Source: Candidatus Daviesbacteria bacterium
GTDB taxonomy: Bacteria > Patescibacteriota > Microgenomatia > Daviesbacterales > UBA10151
Direction of reading: 5' to 3'
DNA length: 60,161 bases
Assembly (NCBI GenBank): GCA_003519445.1
Contig: DOWS01000020.1
Span: forward strand, 1 to 60,161
Position numbers and translations under genes: made by a program. Every line of letters begins with the position of its first letter. Position 1 is the stretch's first letter. Below, one piece after another: positions 1 through 9,151 of the stretch. Below the pieces are notes generated by a model that worked only from the letters and a program-made list of their open reading frames with translations, made no database searches and was not told the DNA's origin.

Positions 1-513
1 TGTTTGTTTTGGGTTAGGTATATGTATCAGATAATTTACTTTCGTTAGCTGACGTTTAACATCCCAGCCCAAAGCAAGTCTCTCATTTTCTTCTTCTTTT
101 AACCGCTGGAATTCTTTAATTAAAAAGAGCTTAAACTCCGGGGATAGCCAGGTAGCGAATTCAAAGGCGATGTCTTTATGTGCAAATGTTCCCCCATATC
201 TTCCTGCGCTTGAACGTATCCCGATAGCATTGGTTTGCTTAATCCACATCGATGAAGATACAATAAACCCGTTTGTCCCAACTTCGTTTTTAATCTTATG
301 GTATTCAATAAGATTAAAGTGGGGATTATGTAACTGCTCCCACGCTCCCATAAATTGGATCGTGTATTTTGTAGTAAGCCAGTTTGAAATAACAACGCCA
401 CTATCATATGCTTTTACCTTGGCCATATCAGTAAGAGAAATATAATCTTCCTTGTTTTTTGTGATAATACTTATTTGCAACCCCTTACCAGTGATGATTT
501 TTTTATTTTTCAT
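1..513 (-). CDS. KilA-N domain DNA-binding protein (runs off window edge; not in ORF track)
   Basis: Manual translation from ATG 513: MKNKKII...EDYISLTDMAK...SNWL...GRYGGTFAHKDIAFEFATWLSPEFKLFLIKEFQRLK; AAAGGT SD-like motif upstream. Confidence 0.9.
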   Translation of the reverse strand, partial: MKNKKIITGKGLQISIITKNKEDYISLTDMAKVKAYDSGVVISNWLTTKYTIQFMGAWEQLHNPHFNLIEYHKIKNEVGTNGFIVSSSMWIKQTNAIGIRSSAGRYGGTFAHKDIAFEFATWLSPEFKLFLIKEFQRLKEEENERLALGWDVKRQLTKVNYLIHIPNPKQT

Positions 514-550
514 ATTTTTACCTTTCTCATATTTTCTTCCCATATTTTAC

Positions 551-596
551 CACTTCGATTTCACTCAGTGCTATGGCACTTCGGCAAGGCTTAGTG
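551..596. repeat. Two degenerate 20-bp hairpin repeats CACTTCG-N6-CT(C/T)AGTG
   Basis: CACTTCGATTTCACTCAGTG (551-570) and CACTTCGGCAAGGCTTAGTG (577-596); core resembles the right arm of the element at 54181-54242. Confidence 0.55.
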
Positions 597-652
597 TTGT
601 AACACTTGACAATATTCAACACCAAATATAAAAGTGTGTTATACTTATACAT

Positions 653-1126
653 ATGGCATTTAATCGAGATAACAGAGACAGAAATAGTAGAGGAGGAGAC
701 AGGGGTGGGTTTAGACCCAGACCTTCTTTTTCGTCCAGAGGACGACCAGCCTCTGGCTGGGGTGACAGAGGTGACCGCGGGCCTGTAGAAATGCACTCTG
801 CTGTTTGTGACAATTGTGGCAGGGAATGTGAAGTGCCTTTCAGGCCAACCAGTGGCAAGCCTGTTTATTGCAGTAACTGCTTTGAAAACCAAAGAAGCAA
901 CCTTGATTCAGGAAATTCAGGAAATTCAGGAAGATTTGAAAGAAGAAATTTTGAAAGGCCGCGGAATGAGCAAAGCACTTCTCCTTCACAAGATAAATTT
1001 GCAGAACTCAATGCCAAACTTGATAGCATTTTAAAACTTTTAGAAAATCAAAAGCCTGTTGTAAAAAAACCTGCAAAAATTAAAGAGGCAAAAACAGAAG
1101 AAGTAGCTCCAACCGCAGAAGAATAA
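653..1126 (+). CDS. CxxC-x17-CxxC zinc-ribbon protein with RG-rich N-terminus
   Basis: CDNC-x17-CSNC with VPFRP..GKPVYC; TGtTATACT 7 nt before ATG. Confidence 0.85.
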   Translation: MAFNRDNRDRNSRGGDRGGFRPRPSFSSRGRPASGWGDRGDRGPVEMHSAVCDNCGRECEVPFRPTSGKPVYCSNCFENQRSNLDSGNSGNSGRFERRNFERPRNEQSTSPSQDKFAELNAKLDSILKLLENQKPVVKKPAKIKEAKTEEVAPTAEE

Positions 1127-1131
1127 TTTTA

Positions 1132-1866
1132 CTAATATTTCCCTTTAAAATCATTGATCCGTATACGAAACATATCATAAATTGCAGCTAAAGCATCTTT
1201 TATAACCTGTACCCTTTCCGTGTCTACATAATTCCATTCCACTTCTACTTCTGCTATCTTAAATCCATATTTTTTGGCCAGATACAAAAGTTCCACATCA
1301 AATCCGGCATTGACTGCCCCACCCTGAAAATGCACCACTCCCCATTCCCCTTTTATTTTAGGAATTATTTTTTCAATTGATTTTTTATTAAAAGCTTTAA
1401 AACCGCACTGGGTATCGGAAAAAGGCAGACCCAAAATTAGTTCTCTTAAAATGGAAAAAACCCAGGCTGCTAATTTTCTAACAAATGGCGCTCCTTTCCT
1501 CCCGATCCTTGAGCCAATAACCATATCATAACCTTCCTCAAATTTGGGCAGAAATTTGCCCAGTTGATTAATAGGAGTAGCCTGATCCATATCTGTAAAA
1601 AGCACTGTGTCACCTTTGGCTTTTAACATTCCGCTCATGACTGCCATGGCTTTACCCCCATGAGAAACTTCCAATAAATTAAAATTTTGGTTTTGGGAAA
1701 TAAACTTTTTTATAATTTCTTTTGTCTTGTCTGTTGACCCGTCATCTACGATTATTACCTCATAGCTTATATTAAGTTTTTCCAGATAACTTCTTACCTC
1801 ATCCAGTACTCCCTTTTTCAGATTTCTTTCTTCATTATATGCCGGTATTACCACAGATAATTTCAT
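1132..1866 (-). CDS. Glycosyltransferase family 2 (polyprenyl-phosphate glycosyltransferase-like)
   Basis: SVVIPAYNE, VDDGSTD, FTDMD, DTQCGFK motifs. Confidence 0.9.
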   Translation of the reverse strand: MKLSVVIPAYNEERNLKKGVLDEVRSYLEKLNISYEVIIVDDGSTDKTKEIIKKFISQNQNFNLLEVSHGGKAMAVMSGMLKAKGDTVLFTDMDQATPINQLGKFLPKFEEGYDMVIGSRIGRKGAPFVRKLAAWVFSILRELILGLPFSDTQCGFKAFNKKSIEKIIPKIKGEWGVVHFQGGAVNAGFDVELLYLAKKYGFKIAEVEVEWNYVDTERVQVIKDALAAIYDMFRIRINDFKGKY

Positions 1867-3989
1867 ATTCCCTCCTTTGGATTATGCACTAACTTGTATA
1901 TTTTTACCCCCGAAAAATCCCAAAACTTGTCAACCAAAGTCCAACCAAAAGCCGCGATCTCGTGTTTTGGACTGTAAATTGGATCACACACCTCATCTTC
2001 GCAAACCACAAATAGCTGATCAGTTTTTTCAAAAGGTAGTTTTTTAGGCTCATGTCCATAAATTTCCAAATAAAACTGATAAGCCGAATCATAGTTATTT
2101 TTGGCCAAAAGGGCAAAGTTAAATGGTTTATCCTCCGACTCCTTGATTATAAAATTTGCAATATCTTGAGTTTTTTTCAACTGGTTGTTTGGGGGATTGA
2201 CCAGGGGATTTTTTTGTAAATTAACAATAGTAATGATTATTGCCAAACCCGCAATAACCCATTTAAATTTTCTTAAAGCCAGTAAAGATCCCAAAAGAAG
2301 ATACGGGGCAGGATTTAAAAATCCTAAATAATGATCATAAATACCGTTTTGGTAAAAAGAGAGCCCCACTAGGCCAACTATAATCCAAACTGCCAAAATA
2401 ATTTTTCTTTTGATAATCCAATAAATTAAAAGCGTAAAAATAATTAAAGAGAGTAGTATTGCTAATAATGCGTTTTCTCCTGCCATATACCTGCCAATCA
2501 AAACATAGTTATAAATTTCCGGAATTCTGCCAAAGTTAGAAAATAGGTTCATACCTACTGCCTCACCTTTACCAAAAAGCGCAATCACTGCCTTGTAATT
2601 TAAAAAGTTATGCCGGAGGTCAAACCAAAAAAGAGGAGACATAGTAATTAAAAAAGCTGCCAAACCAAGCAGGGTACCTTTTAGAAAATTTTCCTTTGCG
2701 CTTTTTTTCAAAACCTGATAAAACCAAAGTGTCACAATAACGGGTATTAGGATAAGAGCCAAATAGTGCATCTGCAAAGCTGCAGCCAAAGATAAACCAG
2801 TTAAAATAAGCCACAGAAAATTATTGCTTTTTTGCAGTTTCACTATACTCAAAATTGCCAAAAGAGTAAAAAAAGGTAAAGGATTGGGATTCCAGGAAAA
2901 ACGGGAATAATTAATGGTAACCGGGCTGATTGCATAAAGATACGCAGCCAAAAGTCCTGCTCCCCTGCCAAACCATGTTTTCCCCAAATAATAAACCAGA
3001 AAAACCGTGGCCACTCCAATCATAGCTACCATGACAGAGGCCGAAACCGGATTAAAGTTTGTTAAAACCATGGGCGGAAGCATCATGTAATAATAAAGGG
3101 GCCCAAGATAAATATTACCTACGGAAGTGGGCGGGCCTATCAGAGGAAAATGCCATTTATCTATCATATCTTTGACAATAATGGCGTCCCTCCCCTCATC
3201 CCCCAAAAAAATCATATATTCCTCAATTTTATAAAACCTCAAAAATGCAGCCAGCGCTAAAACTCCTACCAGAGCAATAAACAGTATTTTTTGGTCTTTC
3301 AGTTTCCACCAAAGGCGGAGAAGATCCAGAAAGGATTTAACTATTACTTTTATACCCGCTCCTGTTGGTTTTCCGGAAAGCCTTGGATAATGATTAACTC
3401 CTGTTTGTGTTACTTTAAAGCCATATTTTTTTGCCTTAATAGCCAACTCCGCATTTATCATGGCTCCACGGGAGGATTCAAGATGCGGTATCTTTTCTAA
3501 AACACTTTTGCGGATCATTTTAAAACCGCAATCCACATCTTTTAGGGTTAAACCAAAAAAAGCTAAAAGAGAAAGCTTCCAGCCCTTATTAAACAGAATC
3601 CTGAAAAACGGGTCTTGCCTTTTGATACGGTATCCAATAACCAAATCGTAATCTTTGATTTTTTCCAAAAACTTAGTCACCTCGCTAAAGTCGAATTGAC
3701 CATCCCCGTCTGTATAGACTATGGTGTCATATTTGGCATTGTAAAAGCCGCTTTTTAGGGCCTCCCCATAACCTAAATTTTTTGGATGGTTTATGGCCTT
3801 AATCCTTGGGTTTTCTTTAGCCAATTTCTCTGTTTTTTCTTTTGTCCCATCTGTTGATCCGTCGTTTACCAGAATTATTTCATATTCCAGCTTTAGTTTT
3901 TCCAAAACATCTATTGCCTTTTTGACAAGCATTTCAACATTACCTTCTTCATTAAATAGCGGGAAAAATACTGAAAGATTTTTAATCAT
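1863..3989 (-). CDS. GT2 domain fused to GT-C (ArnT/PMT-like) membrane glycosyltransferase
   Basis: N-terminal NDGSTD/TDGDGQ/DVDCGFK; C-terminal multi-TM region with FLGDEGRD, GPLYYY, WNPN. Confidence 0.85.
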   Translation of the reverse strand: MIKNLSVFFPLFNEEGNVEMLVKKAIDVLEKLKLEYEIILVNDGSTDGTKEKTEKLAKENPRIKAINHPKNLGYGEALKSGFYNAKYDTIVYTDGDGQFDFSEVTKFLEKIKDYDLVIGYRIKRQDPFFRILFNKGWKLSLLAFFGLTLKDVDCGFKMIRKSVLEKIPHLESSRGAMINAELAIKAKKYGFKVTQTGVNHYPRLSGKPTGAGIKVIVKSFLDLLRLWWKLKDQKILFIALVGVLALAAFLRFYKIEEYMIFLGDEGRDAIIVKDMIDKWHFPLIGPPTSVGNIYLGPLYYYMMLPPMVLTNFNPVSASVMVAMIGVATVFLVYYLGKTWFGRGAGLLAAYLYAISPVTINYSRFSWNPNPLPFFTLLAILSIVKLQKSNNFLWLILTGLSLAAALQMHYLALILIPVIVTLWFYQVLKKSAKENFLKGTLLGLAAFLITMSPLFWFDLRHNFLNYKAVIALFGKGEAVGMNLFSNFGRIPEIYNYVLIGRYMAGENALLAILLSLIIFTLLIYWIIKRKIILAVWIIVGLVGLSFYQNGIYDHYLGFLNPAPYLLLGSLLALRKFKWVIAGLAIIITIVNLQKNPLVNPPNNQLKKTQDIANFIIKESEDKPFNFALLAKNNYDSAYQFYLEIYGHEPKKLPFEKTDQLFVVCEDEVCDPIYSPKHEIAAFGWTLVDKFWDFSGVKIYKLVHNPKEGI

Positions 3990-4010
3990 TTATTGATATA
4001 TAATAGACTA

Positions 4011-5138
4011 GTGAGTGCTAAATTCAAAGATCTTGCTCTGCTTACAATTATAACAGTTACTTTTACCTTTCTTCTCTGGCTGCCGCATATTTTGGCTATA
4101 CCTAATTTTTGGGGATTATCCTTCAAAGAAGGATTCAATACAATCTACAGGAACTTTGACGGCTTGGAATACATAGTTATTGCCAAAACTTTTTATAATC
4201 CGGAGGCAATTGCAAACTTGCATTTGACCCAACCGGCCGACTATTTTGCCTCTCATTTTCCCGGATACCCCTTACTTATTTCTTTATTTGCCCCTTTTTT
4301 GGGTTATCTTAAATCAATGCTTTTTGTATCTTTGCTGTTTACTGTTTTAAGTGCTTGGGCTTTTTACTTTTTAGTAAAAGATTTTAAACTATCTGCTCAT
4401 CCGCTCACTTTATCCTTAATATTTTTAATCCTACCTGCCAGATGGGTTATAGTCCATTCTATTGGTTCCCCTGAACCGGCTTTTATTTTCTTTATTATTC
4501 TTTCTATTTATTTCTTTTTAAAAAACAAAATTTGGGCAGTTGCGGTTTTTGCAGCCGCAGCTCAACTAATCAGACCACCGGGAATTTTACTTGGCATTGC
4601 TCTGGGCCTCTATATCTTGTGGCAAGGCTACCGGAAAAAATCTGTCAAATATATCCTCTCTTTTTATCCCCTAATCTTTATCCCTCTTACCCTTTTGGGG
4701 ATCTTTTATTGGTATTCCATAACTTATCAAGATTTTTTTGCTTATTTCCATTCCGGAGACAATATCCACTTAACTTTCCCCCCATTTCAAGTATTTAATA
4801 AACATCAATTTTGGGTGGGGGATATTTGGCTGGAAGATGTAGTTTATATTTTTATGCTGGGGTTTTTGGGAGGGATGTTTTTAATAAAACAAAAATTATA
4901 TTCCTTGGCTTTTTTTGTTTTAACCTATCTTACGGCATCAATTTTTGTAGCGCACAGGGATATTTCCAGATATTTACTACCCATAGCCCCTTTTGTAATA
5001 ATAGCTTTTGAAAAAATTCTGGTTTCAAAAGAATTTAAAATAGTTTTGGCAATTTTAGCCCTTACCATTTATCTCTACTCCCAAAACTACATTATTAATA
5101 ATGTAGCCCCAGTTCCCGATTTATCAGTTTATAATTAG
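4011..5138 (+). CDS. GT-C fold membrane glycosyltransferase (mannosyltransferase-like)
   Basis: Polytopic; NFDGLEY..IA, HFPGYP, RPPG motifs; GTG 4011 preferred because TATAAT lies just upstream. Confidence 0.7.
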   Translation: MSAKFKDLALLTIITVTFTFLLWLPHILAIPNFWGLSFKEGFNTIYRNFDGLEYIVIAKTFYNPEAIANLHLTQPADYFASHFPGYPLLISLFAPFLGYLKSMLFVSLLFTVLSAWAFYFLVKDFKLSAHPLTLSLIFLILPARWVIVHSIGSPEPAFIFFIILSIYFFLKNKIWAVAVFAAAAQLIRPPGILLGIALGLYILWQGYRKKSVKYILSFYPLIFIPLTLLGIFYWYSITYQDFFAYFHSGDNIHLTFPPFQVFNKHQFWVGDIWLEDVVYIFMLGFLGGMFLIKQKLYSLAFFVLTYLTASIFVAHRDISRYLLPIAPFVIIAFEKILVSKEFKIVLAILALTIYLYSQNYIINNVAPVPDLSVYN

Positions 5139-5160
5139 AATCCCGTTGTTGAGTTGCATA

Positions 5161-5189
5161 TTGCATTTTAAGGATTATTGTGGTAATAT
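5161..5189 (+). promoter_or_regulatory. Sigma70-type promoter for a small RNA
   Basis: TTGCAT-17 bp-TAATAT with TG extension; no ORF downstream on this strand before the terminator. Confidence 0.6.
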
Positions 5190-5195
5190 AATATC

Positions 5196-5273
5196 AAATC
5201 GAACCGAAAACTGACCGTTATGGCAAGCTGTCGCAAGACTAGGTTCTACCACCCCTTTGTGGGTGGTTTTTTT
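5196..5273 (+). ncRNA. Candidate structured small RNA associated with DUF3800 gene
   Basis: GAACC(5201-5205)/GGTTC(5242-5246) closing stem, internal GTC-GCAA-GAC GNRA hairpin, then terminator; 5' end approximate. Confidence 0.6.
5248..5273 (+). terminator. Intrinsic terminator
   Basis: ACCACCC-CTTTGT-GGGTGGT followed by T run. Confidence 0.85.
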
Positions 5274-5277
5274 AGGC

Positions 5278-5856
5278 TTAAATTTCAATCAAACTTCCAT
5301 TTTTAATAGCCTTTTTAAAAAGATCTTGAATTTCACCTTTCTCTCCATCAATAACATCTCTCACAAATCCAGCTACAGCATCTGCTAACCTAATTAAAGC
5401 ATTGTTCTCATCTTTATTAACACCTTGAACCTTTCTAGTAGGAACACCCAGTTTTCTTAACTCACTACCGTATTCTTGCCTTTTATTTTTACTTAAGCCG
5501 TCAACATACACAAGCGTTGTATATTCTTCCGGCTCTTTAAAATGGACTGCTTTGGCGATACCGGTAATAGTTGCTAAATCGTAATTGGGTTGCTCATGGT
5601 AAATGGAATATCGTAATTTCTCCTTAAAAAGCTTGTTTGAAAATACTCTACTTATATAATCAATGCGTCTTGCATATTTTGCTCTTCCCCATTTATCTTT
5701 ATGTTTAGCGCTTTCTTCTTCAATTTTTTCGCAAAGGGTTAATAATTCATCCCGTTCTTTTCCGGTAACTACTATTGACACAATAAAAATATCACCTTTA
5801 GTATCCTGACCATTCTCGTCAACATAGCAGTAAAGTTTCTGTTTAATAATTTTCAT
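5278..5856 (-). CDS. DUF3800 family protein (RNase H-like fold)
   Basis: N-terminal YVDENG, central YVDG, C-terminal IRLADAVAG acidic motifs. Confidence 0.75.
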   Translation of the reverse strand: MKIIKQKLYCYVDENGQDTKGDIFIVSIVVTGKERDELLTLCEKIEEESAKHKDKWGRAKYARRIDYISRVFSNKLFKEKLRYSIYHEQPNYDLATITGIAKAVHFKEPEEYTTLVYVDGLSKNKRQEYGSELRKLGVPTRKVQGVNKDENNALIRLADAVAGFVRDVIDGEKGEIQDLFKKAIKNGSLIEI

Positions 5857-5896
5857 TAACTATAATTTACACTATACCCGGTATGTCTTACCCTAT

Positions 5897-6367
5897 TTAA
5901 ACCAATAGTGGCAAGGGGTGGGGATTATTTTTATAATCCAAGTATAATTTGATCGTTTCGCCATGATCAAAAGCCAGTTCGTCAAATGGAGGCAGTTTCT
6001 CAATGGCAATCCAATCTATTGCTGTTGATTCGTGATCAGGTACGCCAACCTTTCTGATAGGTTTTACAATAAATGTCAGGGGCACATTTTGTCTGTCTTC
6101 ATGAGGACGATCAGGGTTTGTGTTAATCATAAAAAGTGTCATAACCTCACCTTCCCATCCTGTTTCCTCCTTTAATTCTCTTAAAATTCCCTCTTGAGCA
6201 GTCTCATCTCTATCAAGAAAGCCGGAGGGAAGCGACCATTTGCCTCCTTCTAAAAGTTCATTCGACCTCTTAATAAGCAATAATTTTCCATCCATCTCAA
6301 CTATTGCATGAACTACCACATGCCTTAAACTTGCTTTGTTTCCATTTTCAAAAGTGCAATTTATCAT
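5897..6367 (-). CDS. NUDIX hydrolase
   Basis: Nudix box GFLDRDETAQEGILRELKEETG; LAFDH. Confidence 0.92.
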   Translation of the reverse strand: MINCTFENGNKASLRHVVVHAIVEMDGKLLLIKRSNELLEGGKWSLPSGFLDRDETAQEGILRELKEETGWEGEVMTLFMINTNPDRPHEDRQNVPLTFIVKPIRKVGVPDHESTAIDWIAIEKLPPFDELAFDHGETIKLYLDYKNNPHPLPLLV

Positions 6368-6369
6368 GT

Positions 6370-7557
6370 TTAATCCTCCTGATTTTTCCAGGTGATAAAG
6401 TGGTTCATCAAAAAATTCCAGGTCATTACAAAAGGAATGGTAGCAAAAAAGTAGAAGTTGTTAAAAGCAATATGGCGGCCGAATACATAAATAAATCCGT
6501 CCCCATAAGTTACATGTAAAAACTTAACTATCAAAACTGCCATCACCAATCCCCCAAAACTAACTACATTAAAAATCCCAAATTTTTGCCAAAGATTGGT
6601 TTTTGTTTTTCTGTAACGGAAAGTCCAGTAATTATTTAAAATAAAATTACTGACAATGGCAATTTCCGTAGAAAATCCTTTGGAAGTGGCAGGCGGAAAA
6701 CCGCCCAGATTAATAAATATCTTGTAAAAAAGAAAATCCACCAGTGTCCCCACAAACCCCACCAAACCAAATTTAACAACTGTTTTTGCCCGTCTTGTTA
6801 AATTAAAAAGGGGGATATTTACTCCCCAGCTGTGGAGCCTTGCATCAATGCAATATGTAATCACATCATAGGTGTAATTAAAAACTTTATTTTTGGAATA
6901 ACCTTCCAAACGGTTTTTAAAAATAAGCGGAACTTCTTTGTATTTTGCGCCTGCTAAAATTGCCTCATGCAAAAATGCCGGTTGGACAATAAAAGAAAGT
7001 TCCTGCCAAGGGAGTCTTTGAAAATTTAATTTTTGGAAGAGAGCAGGGGTAAAAGCCCTGGCAGAATTGGTAAATTCCCTGATATCCCTGGGACCCATGA
7101 GTAGCCGGCAAAAAAGCGAGGCCCCGTAAGTAAAAATTCTCCTCCCGATTGAGAGTTGATTTTTGCCTCCCTCAATAAATCTGGAACCAATGGCCAGATC
7201 GTATCCGTCTTCTACGGCTCTAACAAGCCTGACTAAAACATCCGGTACCACCTGCCCATCTGCATCAAGTTGAGCTAAAACGCCGGGGTGAATTTTCTCC
7301 AGGGCATATCTGTGGCCTTTAATAAGCCCCACACCCAACCCGGGATTAACTTTAATCAGTCGTATCCTGCTATTTTTTTTGGAAAGATTTAAAACTATTT
7401 TATCAGTTCCGTCAGAAGACCTGATATCGTCTGCTACAACAATATGTATTTCCCACCCGGGAATATTTTTTTCCTGTTCTAAAACCTTATCAACAGTTCT
7501 TTCAACATTGGCTTTTTCATTAAAGGTAGGAAGGACAACAGAAACAATTTTTTTCAT
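6370..7557 (-). CDS. GT2 (Dpm1-like) fused to GtrA-family flippase domain
   Basis: SVVLPTFNE, LDADGQ; C-terminal KFGLVG...NFILNNYWTF...WNFLMNHFITW. Confidence 0.88.
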   Translation of the reverse strand: MKKIVSVVLPTFNEKANVERTVDKVLEQEKNIPGWEIHIVVADDIRSSDGTDKIVLNLSKKNSRIRLIKVNPGLGVGLIKGHRYALEKIHPGVLAQLDADGQVVPDVLVRLVRAVEDGYDLAIGSRFIEGGKNQLSIGRRIFTYGASLFCRLLMGPRDIREFTNSARAFTPALFQKLNFQRLPWQELSFIVQPAFLHEAILAGAKYKEVPLIFKNRLEGYSKNKVFNYTYDVITYCIDARLHSWGVNIPLFNLTRRAKTVVKFGLVGFVGTLVDFLFYKIFINLGGFPPATSKGFSTEIAIVSNFILNNYWTFRYRKTKTNLWQKFGIFNVVSFGGLVMAVLIVKFLHVTYGDGFIYVFGRHIAFNNFYFFATIPFVMTWNFLMNHFITWKNQED

Positions 7558-8567
7558 TAAGAAAATTTCGCCAAATCCGAATGCACCATAATTTTAACTA
7601 AATCCTTAAAAATAGTTTTAGCTTCCCATCCCAAAACTTTCTTGGCTTTAGCCGGATTTCCCTGCAAAGGTCCGGTTTGAACCGGTGGCACAAAATGAGA
7701 ATCTGTTACCACAAAATCTTTCCAATTTAATCCCACTACTTTAAACGCTTCCTCTGCAAACTCACCTACCGTATGAGTTTCCCCCGTAGCTATCACAAAA
7801 TCATCTGCGATGTCCTGCTGCAGCATCAGCCACATAGCCTCGACATAATCCGGAGCATATCCCCAATCCCTTTTGGCTCCTAAATCCCCCAGTTTTAGTT
7901 TTCCGTTTTGTACTATTGGCTCCCCTATTTCATTCAAAGGAACATTGTCTTTTCTGTTATTTTTAATACAGGCTACAGCTGCAGTAATTTTTCTGGTAAC
8001 AAAATTTAAGCCCCTGCGGGGACTTTCATGATTAAATAAAATCCCGCAGGATATAAACTGGGGATTTTTTTTATCTTCTCTGGCAATAATAGCCATTCTG
8101 TGGGCATATTCTTTGGCAACCGCATACGGATTTTTGGGATTTAACGGAGTAGTTTCATCCTGCGGCACCTGATTTGGTGCTCCAAACATTTCCGAAGTGG
8201 AGGCCTGATAAACTTTAGCTTCCGGAACCACTTCTTTAGCTCTTTCAAAAACATGCAAAGCTCCCACTCCGGTAATCATAATTGAGCCAAGCTTGTCGCT
8301 AAAAGATCCCAAAGGAGAGGAGAAAGAAGCCAGATTATAGATTTCCGAGGGCTTAAAATCAAGAAAAGCCAAAGCTATGGATTCAGGTGATTGCAAATCG
8401 CCGTAATAAACCTTAATCTCTCCCTTAAAATCATCTATATTACCCATTTCCGCTGTTGCGTTTCTTCTAACTAAACCACCCACCTCATATCCTTTATTCA
8501 ATAAAATTTCGGTTAAATATGATCCGTCTTGACCGGAAATTCCTGTAATAAAAGCTCTTTTTGCCAT
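7557..8567 (-). CDS. gmd: GDP-mannose 4,6-dehydratase
   Basis: ITGISGQDGSYL, QASTSEMFG, YAVAK, GILFNHESPRRG, KRDWG. Confidence 0.93.
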   Translation of the reverse strand: MAKRAFITGISGQDGSYLTEILLNKGYEVGGLVRRNATAEMGNIDDFKGEIKVYYGDLQSPESIALAFLDFKPSEIYNLASFSSPLGSFSDKLGSIMITGVGALHVFERAKEVVPEAKVYQASTSEMFGAPNQVPQDETTPLNPKNPYAVAKEYAHRMAIIAREDKKNPQFISCGILFNHESPRRGLNFVTRKITAAVACIKNNRKDNVPLNEIGEPIVQNGKLKLGDLGAKRDWGYAPDYVEAMWLMLQQDIADDFVIATGETHTVGEFAEEAFKVVGLNWKDFVVTDSHFVPPVQTGPLQGNPAKAKKVLGWEAKTIFKDLVKIMVHSDLAKFS

Positions 8568-8584
8568 AATGTGATCTACTATAT

Positions 8585-9151
8585 CTAATGAGCTGCTCTC
8601 TCGTCAACCACCTGTTTAAAAAGATCGCGCAACCGGGGATTATTTTTGTCTCTTTCGGAAATAATGGGATTTTTAATTGGCCAAGCAATATTCAAATCAG
8701 GATCATCCCAAGCAATTGCCCTTTGATCGGATCCATCCCAGTATGCATCTGTCAAGTAAATATAATCAACCGGCTCATCTCCCACCACGCAAACCGAATT
8801 GGCCAGCCCGTTGGGAATAAACAAACCGAATCTCTGACCATCATCAATGGTAAAAGTTTCCACTTTGGCAAAACTTGGTAAATCAGGCCTTAAATCAACA
8901 ATGGCTAAAAATGCTGTACCTGTCACCGGATAAATCATTTTGTTCCACTGCTCGGCGTGTAAACCGCGGAGCACACTCGGAAGCGATCTTGAATGATTCA
9001 TCTGAACCGGCTTAAATTCAAACCCAATTTCTTTTTCCAATTCATCCATATGAAAAATTTCCTTAAAAAAACCTCTTTCATCTTCAAAAACAGGCCGCTC
9101 CAAAATTAATAGCCCGGGGATTGATGTTTTTTTTATGTATTTATTTTCCAT
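8585..9151 (-). CDS. rmlC: dTDP-4-dehydrorhamnose 3,5-epimerase
   Basis: DERGFF, Q.NHSRS...VLRGLH, WDDPDL.I.WP; ATG 9151 overlaps rmlB end. Confidence 0.92.
   Translation of the reverse strand: MENKYIKKTSIPGLLILERPVFEDERGFFKEIFHMDELEKEIGFEFKPVQMNHSRSLPSVLRGLHAEQWNKMIYPVTGTAFLAIVDLRPDLPSFAKVETFTIDDGQRFGLFIPNGLANSVCVVGDEPVDYIYLTDAYWDGSDQRAIAWDDPDLNIAWPIKNPIISERDKNNPRLRDLFKQVVDERAAH

Noticed and set aside
120..445. Track ORFs 120-407 and 170-445
   Set aside because: Shadows of the KilA-N gene in other frames
527..892. Antisense ORF 527-892 and other short ORFs overlapping core genes
   Set aside because: They overlap well-supported genes and lack motifs or start signals
906..932. 9-bp tandem repeat TTCAGGAAA in the CxxC gene
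   Set aside because: Short in-frame low-complexity SGN repeat; no sign of special function
5201..5246. Hammerhead ribozyme (GAAA and CTGA present)
   Set aside because: No CUGANGA core in the required order relative to the stems
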